Shown here: positions 26,618 to 34,876 of the stretch, piece after piece
Position numbering within the stretch: the stretch's first letter is position 1
Layout: each line of letters opens with the position of its first letter
NCBI GenBank assembly: GCA_900318015.1
Contig: ONJB01000006.1
Span: forward strand, 9,658 to 73,657
Length of the DNA stretch: 64,000 nucleotides
DNA from: an uncultured Bacteroidales bacterium
GTDB taxonomy: Bacteria > Bacteroidota > Bacteroidia > Bacteroidales > UBA932
Direction: 5' to 3'
The notes under the pieces: generated by a model
What the model saw: the letters and a program-made list of their open reading frames with translations, nothing else
Told to the model about the DNA's origin: nothing
Database searches by the model: none
Translations under genes and position numbers: made by a program

Positions 26618-29600
26618 ATGAGAAACATACCGATCCTCCTCGCCCTGCTGCTCCCGGTCGCGGCCACGGCCCAGAGCCTGCCGTACTGGCAGGATGTGGA
26701 CGTGACTTCCGTGAACGCCGAGACGCAACGTACCGAGACCATCTGGTTCGCCAACCGGGCCAACGCCTTGTCCAAGGGATTCCGCCAAAGCGAGAACTAC
26801 GTGAATCTAAACGGGACATGGGATTTCAAGTACTTCGACGATTACCATGAGATGGAACGGTACCGCGGCTCCGACTGGGACCGGATCCAAGTGCCGGGGA
26901 ACTGGGAAGTACAGGGATATGGCGTCGCCATCTACACCAACATCCCGTACGATTTCTGCCCCCAGGATCCGCAGCCGCCCACGCTGCCGGAAGTATTCCC
27001 CGCCGCCCTCTACCACCGGACCTTCACGGTACCGGACGGATGGAAGGGCCGGACGGTCTTCCTGAACCTCGCCGGCATCAAATCCGGCTCGTACGTCTAT
27101 GTGAACGGGAAGGAAATCGGCTATGCCGAGGATTCGAAGAGCCTCGCCCGGTACGACATCACGAAGGCCTTGAAGGAGGGCGACAACGAGCTGACCCTCA
27201 AGGTGTACCGCTATACGACCGCCTCCTGGCTGGAGTGCCAGGATTTCTGGCGCATCAGCGGCATCGAGCGGGACGTGTACCTGTCCAGCGAGAAGACGCC
27301 CGTCCGTTTCGACTTCCGCGTCGTCTCCACCCTGGATCCCACGCTGACCAAGGGCGTCTTCCAGCTGAAAATGCGGTCGGAAGCCCGCGCCGAGGTCTTC
27401 TATGAACTCATCGACCAGAACGGGGAAACGGTCGCCGACGCCATCTACGTTTTCTCCGGCGAGATGACCACGGCCGCCGACACCATTCCGGACGTACGGA
27501 AATGGTCGGCTGAAACCCCGGAACTGTATACCCTCCTCCTGCAGGTCAACGGGGAATACACCCGCTTCCATGTGGGCTTCCGCCGCATCGAGATCGCGAC
27601 CGTCAAGGACGGGGAACGCGACGTGAAGGCCCTCCTCGTCAATGGGCAGCCGGTCAAGTTCAAGGGCGTGAACATGCACGAGCACAACCCCTACACCGGC
27701 CACTACCAGACCAAGGAGAACATCCTGCAGGACCTGGAACTCATGAAGAGGGCGAACATCAACGCCATCCGCACCTGCCACTATCCCCAGCCGCGGGAGT
27801 TTTACGAGCTCTGCGACAGCCTCGGTTTCTATGTCTATGACGAGGCGAACATCGAATCCCACGGCATGGGCTACAAGCTGGACCGGACCCTCGGCAACAA
27901 TGCCGCCTGGCAGGCCAAGCATCTGGACCGGATCCTGAACATGTACCACCGCACGGCGAACTATCCGTGCGTGACCATCCTGTCCCTTGGCAACGAAGCC
28001 GGCAACGGCGTCAACTTCTATGAGGCCTACCGCGTCCTGAAAGCCCTGGAGAGGGACGGCCAGAACCGTCCCGTGTGCTACGAGCGGGCGGAAAGGGAGT
28101 GGAACACCGACATGCTTGTCCCGCAGTACCCCGGCGCCGACTGGTTCGCCCGGATGGGAGAACGGGAATCCGGCCGGCCGGTCGTCCCGTCCGAGTATGC
28201 CCACGCGATGGGCAATTCCACCGGTTCCCTCGACCTCCAGTGGAATCAGATCTATGCCCATACGCACCTGCAGGGCGGTTTCATCTGGGACTGGGTGGAC
28301 CAGGGCCTGTACGACGAGGAAAAGGGATGGACCTATGGCGGAGATTACGGAGTCGATGCCCCTTCCGATGCGAACTTCCTGTGCAATGGCCTGGTCAATC
28401 CGGACCGCAATCCGCACCCCGGTTATTTTGAGGTAAAGCATGTCTATCAGGACATCGCCATCACGGGCGTCGCTCCGGAGGAAGGCCGGTTCGCGATTCA
28501 GAACAGATTCTATTTCAAGGACTTGAGCGATTACTCGGTCCGTTGGCGCCTCGAGCGGGACGGAAAGCCGGTGCGGAAGGGCAAGCTCTCCTTCTCCACG
28601 CCCGCCCAAAGCTCCGAGGAATTCACCCTCCAGATTCCCAAACGGAAACTCCGGAAACGCGGCGAGTACCGGATCTTCTTCGAGACGGAGACCGCCCATG
28701 CCCTGCCGCTGCTTGCAAAGGGCACGGTCGTTGCCGCGGACGAGGTCCTCATCAAGGACACGGGCACGCTGAAAGCCTACAAGGCCCGCCTGACAGCGGA
28801 GGAATCGGAATCCGAAACGGAAATCCGGATCGAAGCCGGCAAGGGCGTCCTGATCTTCGACAAGGCCCTCGGCATCGTCCGGAGCTACACGTACAAGGAA
28901 CACGACCTGTTCGATCCGGACTTCGGCCTGCGTCCCAACTTCTGGCGCGGCCCCACCGACAACGACTACGGCAACAACCAGCCTTACCGGGCTTATGCCT
29001 GGAAAGAGGCCTCCCTGTCCTTCCGGGCCGAAGTTTCCCTCGATGAAAGTACCATCCATGCCACCTACGCCCTTCCCGGCGGATGCTCGATGGCGGTGGA
29101 CTATACCCTTCTTTCCGGCGGCCTTCTCAAAATCACGGCCGCTTTCCACGGCGCTGAAAAGAAACCCGTGGACATTCCGCGCATCGGCTTCCGCTTCCGC
29201 GTCAAGGAGAATGACTTCCGGTATTTCGGCCGCGGTCCGGTGGAGAATTACATCGACCGCAACACCGGCACCTTCAAGTCCGTCTTCACGACGAAGGCCT
29301 CCGACGAATTCTACCCGTATGTCCGGCCGCAGGAGACCGGTCACCACACGGAAACCGAGTGGCTCGCCACGAAACCGCTGACGGTCGTCGCCGACGGCAC
29401 CTTCGAATTCAGCGCGCTCCGCCACAGTGTCGAGGACCTGGACAGCGAAGAGTCCGGGCAGCCCTTCCAATGGAACAACTTCGACACCCCGCCCGTCCAT
29501 GATGAGGAAGAGGCCGCCAGACTCCACAAGCGTCGTCAGACCCATCTCTGCGATGTCCCCGACCGCGATTTCACCGAAATCTGCATCGACGGGGCCGCCT

Positions 29601-29743
29601 CCGGCGTGGGCGGTTACGACAGCTGGGGCTCCCGGCCCGAGCCGGCCCGGACCGTCTGGTCCAACGAAGACCGGACTTTCACCTTCACCCTCGTGCCCAC
29701 CCGGGCCCGCAAAACCGAAAAAGCCATCCGCTATGCGTATTAG
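26618..29743 (+). CDS. GH2 beta-galactosidase (LacZ-like architecture)
   Basis: WRISGIERDV, KGVNMHEH, NAIRTCHYP, SLGNEAG, SEYAHAMGNS, GGFIWDWVDQG and a Bgal_small-like C-terminus. Confidence 0.93.
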   Translation: MRNIPILLALLLPVAATAQSLPYWQDVDVTSVNAETQRTETIWFANRANALSKGFRQSENYVNLNGTWDFKYFDDYHEMERYRGSDWDRIQVPGNWEVQGYGVAIYTNIPYDFCPQDPQPPTLPEVFPAALYHRTFTVPDGWKGRTVFLNLAGIKSGSYVYVNGKEIGYAEDSKSLARYDITKALKEGDNELTLKVYRYTTASWLECQDFWRISGIERDVYLSSEKTPVRFDFRVVSTLDPTLTKGVFQLKMRSEARAEVFYELIDQNGETVADAIYVFSGEMTTAADTIPDVRKWSAETPELYTLLLQVNGEYTRFHVGFRRIEIATVKDGERDVKALLVNGQPVKFKGVNMHEHNPYTGHYQTKENILQDLELMKRANINAIRTCHYPQPREFYELCDSLGFYVYDEANIESHGMGYKLDRTLGNNAAWQAKHLDRILNMYHRTANYPCVTILSLGNEAGNGVNFYEAYRVLKALERDGQNRPVCYERAEREWNTDMLVPQYPGADWFARMGERESGRPVVPSEYAHAMGNSTGSLDLQWNQIYAHTHLQGGFIWDWVDQGLYDEEKGWTYGGDYGVDAPSDANFLCNGLVNPDRNPHPGYFEVKHVYQDIAITGVAPEEGRFAIQNRFYFKDLSDYSVRWRLERDGKPVRKGKLSFSTPAQSSEEFTLQIPKRKLRKRGEYRIFFETETAHALPLLAKGTVVAADEVLIKDTGTLKAYKARLTAEESESETEIRIEAGKGVLIFDKALGIVRSYTYKEHDLFDPDFGLRPNFWRGPTDNDYGNNQPYRAYAWKEASLSFRAEVSLDESTIHATYALPGGCSMAVDYTLLSGGLLKITAAFHGAEKKPVDIPRIGFRFRVKENDFRYFGRGPVENYIDRNTGTFKSVFTTKASDEFYPYVRPQETGHHTETEWLATKPLTVVADGTFEFSALRHSVEDLDSEESGQPFQWNNFDTPPVHDEEEAARLHKRRQTHLCDVPDRDFTEICIDGAASGVGGYDSWGSRPEPARTVWSNEDRTFTFTLVPTRARKTEKAIRYAY

Positions 29744-32030
29744 ACTCTCCCTGGCCGCCCTGCTCCTGGCCTGGCCGCTCTTTGCCCAGACCGAATATGT
29801 CAACCCGTTCATCGGCACGACCAATTTCGGGGCCTGCAACCCGGGCGCCGTGACGCCAAACGGGCTGATGAGCGTAACGCCGTTCAATGTGATGGGCTCC
29901 CGCCTCAACACCTGGGACAAGGACAGCCGCTGGTGGTCCACGCCGTACGTGGAAGAGAACCGCTATTTCACGGGCTTTGCCCATGTGAACCTGTCCGGCG
30001 TCGGCTGCCCGGAGCTGGGTTCCGTCCTTACCATGCCCACCACGGGACCGCTGGAGGTCGATTACCACGCCTACGGAAGCGAGTATTCCAACGAGCAGGC
30101 GCACCCCGGCTACTATTCCAACCGGCTGGCGAGCGGCATCCTGACGGAAGCCACCGCCACCACCCGGACCTCGCTGGAACGCTATACCTTCCCGGCCGGG
30201 GCCGGCAATATTCTCGTGAACCTGGGGGAAGGCCTGACCAACGAGTCCGGCGCCATGGTCCGCCGGGTTTCCACGACGGAAATCGAAGGGGTCAAGCTGA
30301 TGGGCACGTTCTGCTACAACCGGAACGCGGTGTTCCCGATGTACTTCGTCCTGCGTGTGAGCAAGACGCCGGACCGCAGCGGCTATTGGAAGAAGCAGCG
30401 GCCGATGACCGCCGAGGCCGCCTGGGATTCCGATGCGGGCCGCTACAAGCTGTACGAGGCCTATTCCCGGGATCTGTCCGGCGAGGACATCGGCTTCTGG
30501 TTCCGCTATGAGAACCTCACCGAGGGCGAACAGGTGATGCTGCAGGTGGGCGTTTCCTTCGTGAGCATCGACAACGCGCGGGAGAACCTGGAGGCCGAGC
30601 AGCAGGGGTTCGACTTCGACGGGGTCTGCGCGGCCGCGTCAAAGGCCTGGCAGGAACAGCTGGGCCGCATCCGCGTGACCGGCGGCACGGAGGATCAGAA
30701 AACCATCTTCTATACCGCCCTGTATCACGCATTGATCCATCCGAACATCCTGGAGGACGTGAACGGGGAGTATCCGCTGATGGAATTCGGCAATCCGGAG
30801 GCCGTGAACAGCATCCCGTTCGCGACCGGACGCAACGGGATCGCGCAGCGCAAGCTGCGTGCCCGCGGCCTGGGCCGCGTTCCGGAGGGGCAGCACCGCT
30901 ACACGGTTTTCTCCCTGTGGGACACCTGCCGGAACCTGCACCAGCTCCTGACGCTGCTCTATCCGGAAAAGCAGATCGACATGGCGCGGTCCGTGGTGAA
31001 CATGTACCGCGAGTGGGGCTGGATGCCCAAGTGGGAACTGTACGGCCGCGAGACCTTCACGATGGAGGGCGACCCGGTGATTCCGATGCTGACGGACACT
31101 TACCTCAAAGGCTTGACGGACTTCGACATCGCCACGGCCTACGAGGCTTTCCTGAAGTCCGCCGACACGCCCGGCGAAAAGAACCGGATGCGGCCGGACG
31201 TGGATCCGTACATCGAGCGGGGGTATGTGCCGCTGGGCTGGTTCGCGCAGGATTTCTCCGGCGACAACTCCGTGTCCCACGCCCTGGAGTACTATATGGC
31301 CGATGCGGCGCTCGCCCGCCTCGCCACGGCCCTCGGACACCCCGAGGACGCCGCCAAGTACCGCCAGCGCTCGCTGGGCTACAAGCACTACTGGTCCCCG
31401 GAATACGGTTGCCTGCGGCCACTGCGGAAGGATGGCACCTTCCTCGAGCCGTTCAACCCGCGCCAGGGCGAGAACTTCGAGCCCGTGCCGGGCTTCCATG
31501 AGGGAAGCGCCTGGAACTATACGTTCTACGTGCCGCACGACGTGGACGGCCTTATCAAGCTCACGGGCGGCTCCAAAGCCTTCGTGAAAGCCCTGAACAA
31601 GGTTTTCAACGAAGGCCTGTACGATCCCGCCAACGAGCCGGACATCGCCTATCCGTACCTGTACAGCCGTGTGAAGGGCGAGCAGTGGCGCACCTGGAGC
31701 ACGGTGCACGACCTGCTGGCCAAGCACTACCACAATGCCCCGAACGGCATTCCCGGCAACGACGACACCGGTACGATGTCGGCCTGGGCCGTGTTCTCGA
31801 TGATGGGCTTCTACCCCGACTGCCCGGGCGACCCGTCCTACACCCTTACCCTGCCCGTCTTCGACCGCGTGGACATCGACCTGCCCGACGGCAAGACCCT
31901 GACGGTGACGAAAGCCGCCGGCGCCAAGCCCGCCAAGGGCACTACGGCTCGGGTCGGCAGCCGCAAAGTCTCCGACTACCGCATCTCCCACGACGCCCTC
32001 GTGAATGCGGGCACCATCAAGTGGCAGTAG
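29733..32030 (+). CDS. GH92 alpha-mannosidase
   Basis: Start reassigned to MRIRLSLAALL; YVNPFIGT, FYTALYH, FSLWDT, SHALEY, EGSAWNY, NEPD and PGNDDTGTMSAW. Confidence 0.93.
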   Translation: MRIRLSLAALLLAWPLFAQTEYVNPFIGTTNFGACNPGAVTPNGLMSVTPFNVMGSRLNTWDKDSRWWSTPYVEENRYFTGFAHVNLSGVGCPELGSVLTMPTTGPLEVDYHAYGSEYSNEQAHPGYYSNRLASGILTEATATTRTSLERYTFPAGAGNILVNLGEGLTNESGAMVRRVSTTEIEGVKLMGTFCYNRNAVFPMYFVLRVSKTPDRSGYWKKQRPMTAEAAWDSDAGRYKLYEAYSRDLSGEDIGFWFRYENLTEGEQVMLQVGVSFVSIDNARENLEAEQQGFDFDGVCAAASKAWQEQLGRIRVTGGTEDQKTIFYTALYHALIHPNILEDVNGEYPLMEFGNPEAVNSIPFATGRNGIAQRKLRARGLGRVPEGQHRYTVFSLWDTCRNLHQLLTLLYPEKQIDMARSVVNMYREWGWMPKWELYGRETFTMEGDPVIPMLTDTYLKGLTDFDIATAYEAFLKSADTPGEKNRMRPDVDPYIERGYVPLGWFAQDFSGDNSVSHALEYYMADAALARLATALGHPEDAAKYRQRSLGYKHYWSPEYGCLRPLRKDGTFLEPFNPRQGENFEPVPGFHEGSAWNYTFYVPHDVDGLIKLTGGSKAFVKALNKVFNEGLYDPANEPDIAYPYLYSRVKGEQWRTWSTVHDLLAKHYHNAPNGIPGNDDTGTMSAWAVFSMMGFYPDCPGDPSYTLTLPVFDRVDIDLPDGKTLTVTKAAGAKPAKGTTARVGSRKVSDYRISHDALVNAGTIKWQ

Positions 32031-32718
32031 GCCTTTTCACCTTCACCGCCACGCGGGAACCGTCGGGGAGGAAGAGGGGAACGAGCGGCTTGATCACGAT
32101 GCCTTCGCAAAGGTTGCCGTCGATGGACGGGAGCCCCAGCTCACCCGGAACGGCCGTCGGGAAGACGTGCGGGTAGGCCAGGCAATCATCCAGAAGACCG
32201 ACGAAACGGTTCCAGGCGTACAGGAGGCCGGCATCCGAAAAGAGGGCGTTCGCCTCCATCACCGGCAGGAAGAAGCCGCCGTCTTTCGTGAAGACATAGA
32301 TGTCAAAGGCATAGAAATCGCGCCCCGGAGCATACCAGATGCCCTTTTGGACGGGCCAGTCCAAGTGGTCCAGCGCCACGTCCGGATGCGGGTAATGCCC
32401 GCCGAACAGTTCTCCGTAGACCGCGATGGAAGTCATCTCCGGGTGAGACAACCGGAGCCGGTTGTAGATGTGATAGACATGCCCCGAGTATCGCTCGAGG
32501 ACCTGTTGATAGCCGAAGAAAGGCTCCAACGGATCCAGGATGGCCGTCCGCCGGGCCATCCGGACCTCCAGGTCGTCACACAGGAAGGAGACGTTCGCCC
32601 CGTCGACCTTCTCCTGCACGGCGAAGAGGGTTCCGATCTCCACATTTTCACGCACTTGCGCCATCCACGCCGCATCCGCGGCATTCCCGATGGAAGGATA
32701 AGGTTTGAACTGGATCAT
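32017..32718 (-). CDS. Rnl2-type ATP-dependent RNA ligase, adenylyltransferase domain only (C-terminal domain absent)
   Basis: Start reassigned to MIQFKPYPSI (233 aa). Motifs: I QEKVDGAN, RR, III GELFGGHYPHP, IIIa FYAFDI, IV EGIVIKP, V RVAVKVK, then a stop 5 codons later inside the antisense of the GH92 3' end. Confidence 0.85.
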   Translation of the reverse strand: MIQFKPYPSIGNAADAAWMAQVRENVEIGTLFAVQEKVDGANVSFLCDDLEVRMARRTAILDPLEPFFGYQQVLERYSGHVYHIYNRLRLSHPEMTSIAVYGELFGGHYPHPDVALDHLDWPVQKGIWYAPGRDFYAFDIYVFTKDGGFFLPVMEANALFSDAGLLYAWNRFVGLLDDCLAYPHVFPTAVPGELGLPSIDGNLCEGIVIKPLVPLFLPDGSRVAVKVKRPTAT

Positions 32719-32772
32719 GGCCGTTTTCTCTTTTTTGCAAAGTTCGGGAAGGGAAAAGAAAAGGGTAGCATG

Positions 32773-32814
32773 ATTGCAAGGCTTGCAATGTCGGATTTCC
32801 TGCAAGGCTTGCAG
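32773..32814. promoter_or_regulatory. Tandem perfect palindromes (core TGCAAGGCTTGCA), candidate operator pair
   Basis: ATTGCAAG-G-CTTGCAAT at 32773-32789 and CTGCAAG-G-CTTGCAG at 32800-32814; cores 26 bp apart; between divergent near-consensus -7 boxes (GAACTTTG minus 32738-32745; TATCTTCG plus 32845-32852). Confidence 0.75.
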
Positions 32815-32853
32815 ACTTTTTGAGGCCGGACCGCAAAAAATGCGTATCTTCGT

Positions 32854-33432
32854 ATGATGATTGGCTGGGAAGCACAACTCTGGCTCCAGCATTGCCTGGA
32901 AAGCGGGGTCCTGGAGGACCCGGCCGTGGATTATCTGGCGGAGCGGGTGGACGAAATGGACGCCGCCGCCCTGCTGGAGGCCATGGGGCTGCTCCGGAAA
33001 CGGCTCGCCGAGATCGCGGTCCTGGAAGGGACGGATGACGGGGAAAGGATCCGAGTCACGAAAGACTACCGCATCCTCCTTCCCGACCGATTCGACACGG
33101 AAATCCGTCTCCGGCCGCTCGTGAAGACGGTGTTCCTGCTCTTCCTCCGCCATCCGGAAGGCATCCGGTTCGGGGACCTGCCAGCGTACCGGAACGAGCT
33201 CATGGACCTGTACCTGGGCATCACCCGGCGTCCCAGCGGATTGGAGACCGAAGCGAGCATCGACCGCCTCATCGACCCGCGCGACAACTCCATCCACGAG
33301 AAGGCGGCGAACCTGGCGGCGGCCCTCTCGAAATACTTTCCGCCGGAAAGGGTGCACGCCTACACGCTGACGGGCAAGGCCGGCGCTCCGAAACGCATCC
33401 GGCTGGACCGGAGCCGGGTAGAATGGGAATGA
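32854..33432 (+). CDS. Uncharacterised protein, putative winged-helix-type DNA-binding regulator
   Basis: C-terminal LRPLVKTVFLLFLRHPEGIRF...NSIHEKAANL...GKAGAPKRIRLD resembles a recurrent Bacteroidales hypothetical family with an OmpR-like helix/wing pattern. No signal peptide; ATG lies right after the -7 box (likely leaderless). Confidence 0.55.
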   Translation: MMIGWEAQLWLQHCLESGVLEDPAVDYLAERVDEMDAAALLEAMGLLRKRLAEIAVLEGTDDGERIRVTKDYRILLPDRFDTEIRLRPLVKTVFLLFLRHPEGIRFGDLPAYRNELMDLYLGITRRPSGLETEASIDRLIDPRDNSIHEKAANLAAALSKYFPPERVHAYTLTGKAGAPKRIRLDRSRVEWE

Positions 33433-33445
33433 CACAAAACGCGAT

Positions 33446-34876
33446 ATGAAACCACAGAAAGCACTGATCCTGACCCTCCTCGCGCTGGTCGCCTGTGCGC
33501 CCAAGCCGAAACAGGAGGAAAAAACCACGAAACTGTACACCGACCGTCCTCCCGTGGAGGAGCGCGCCTTCGTCTCCCCCGCCGTCGATGCGGCCACTGA
33601 GGCCATCGCCGCGCAGATCACCCATCCCAAGCTGCAGGAGATGTTCCGGAAGTGCTTCCCGAACACCCTGGACACCACCGTCCATTACGCCGAGGATGAG
33701 GACGGGCGGCCCGACACCTACGTCTACACCGGCGACATCCCGGCCATGTGGCTCCGCGACTCCGGCGCCCAGGTCTGGCCCTACCTCGCCTTCGTGGGCG
33801 AGGACGACGCCCTCCGGAAGATGATCGCGGGCGTGATCAACCGCCAGTTCAAATGCATCCTCATCGACCCGTACGCCAACGCCTTCAACGTGGACCCCAT
33901 CGGCCCGGCCGACGACACCGACCTCCCGAAGCCCGGTCCGTACGTGTTCGAGCGCAAGTGGGAGATCGACTCCCAGTGCTATCCGGTGCGCCTCGCCTAC
34001 GCCTACTGGCAGAAGACCGGCGACACATCCATCTTCGGCAACCTGTGGATGAAGACGGCGAAGACCATCCTCGCCACCTTCAAGGAGCAGCAGCGAAAGG
34101 AAGGACACGGAAGCTACACCTTCCTGCGCGTCACCGACCGCCAGCTGGACACCAAGTGCGTGGTGGGCCGGGGCAATCCGGTGAAGCCCGTCGGCCTTAT
34201 CGCCTCGTCCTTCCGCCCCTCCGACGACGCCACCACCTTCGAGTTCCTCGTGCCCTCCAACTTCATGGCAGTCACCACCTTGCAGAAGATGGCGGAGATC
34301 CTCTCGGCCGTGAACGGCGAGAACGCGATGGCCGTGGAGTGCCTGGCCCTGGCCGACGAAGTCTCCGCCGCCCTGCAGCAGTATGCCGTCGTGGACCATC
34401 CCAAGTACGGGAAGATCTATGCCTATGAGGTGGACGGTTTCGGCTCGCACCAGCTGATGGACGACGCCAATGTCCCGTCCCTCCTCGCCCTCGGCTACCT
34501 GGACCCGGAGCGGTTCGACGACCCCGTCTACCTGAACACCCGGAAGTTCGTCTGGAGCGAGGACAACCCGTATTTCAAGCGGGGCAAGGCCGGCGAAGGC
34601 ATCGGCGGCCCGCACGCGGGCATCGAGAATGTCTGGCCCATGTCCATCCTGATGAAGGCCTTCACGGCCCGGGACGATGAAGAAATCGTCGCCTGCCTCA
34701 CCCAGATCCTCCGCACCGACGCCGGCACCGGTTTCATGCACGAGTCCTTCCACAAGGACGATGCAAACAATTTCTCCCGCCCCTGGTTCGCCTGGGCGAA
34801 CACCCTCTTCGGCGAGCTCATCATGAAACTCGTCCATGACGGCAAACTCGAACTCCTCAACAACCTGCCCCAATGA
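33446..34876 (+). CDS. GH125 exo-alpha-1,6-mannosidase family lipoprotein
   Basis: Lipobox LVAC; TGDIPAMWLRDS, ERKWEIDS, MDDANVPSLL, WPMS, MHESF and WFAWAN. Confidence 0.92.
   Translation: MKPQKALILTLLALVACAPKPKQEEKTTKLYTDRPPVEERAFVSPAVDAATEAIAAQITHPKLQEMFRKCFPNTLDTTVHYAEDEDGRPDTYVYTGDIPAMWLRDSGAQVWPYLAFVGEDDALRKMIAGVINRQFKCILIDPYANAFNVDPIGPADDTDLPKPGPYVFERKWEIDSQCYPVRLAYAYWQKTGDTSIFGNLWMKTAKTILATFKEQQRKEGHGSYTFLRVTDRQLDTKCVVGRGNPVKPVGLIASSFRPSDDATTFEFLVPSNFMAVTTLQKMAEILSAVNGENAMAVECLALADEVSAALQQYAVVDHPKYGKIYAYEVDGFGSHQLMDDANVPSLLALGYLDPERFDDPVYLNTRKFVWSEDNPYFKRGKAGEGIGGPHAGIENVWPMSILMKAFTARDDEEIVACLTQILRTDAGTGFMHESFHKDDANNFSRPWFAWANTLFGELIMKLVHDGKLELLNNLPQ

Noticed and set aside
32000-33450. 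Insertion sequence or integrative element boundaries around the ligase cassette
   Set aside because: No transposase, integrase, terminal inverted repeats or target-site duplication recognised, so it is not called a mobile element.
32719-33678. N-terminal 320-aa extension of the RNA ligase ORF given in the track (32017..33678)
   Set aside because: It overlaps the plus-strand 192-aa gene and GH125 and crosses the promoter/palindrome region. Ligase-like sequence starts at MIQFK (32718).
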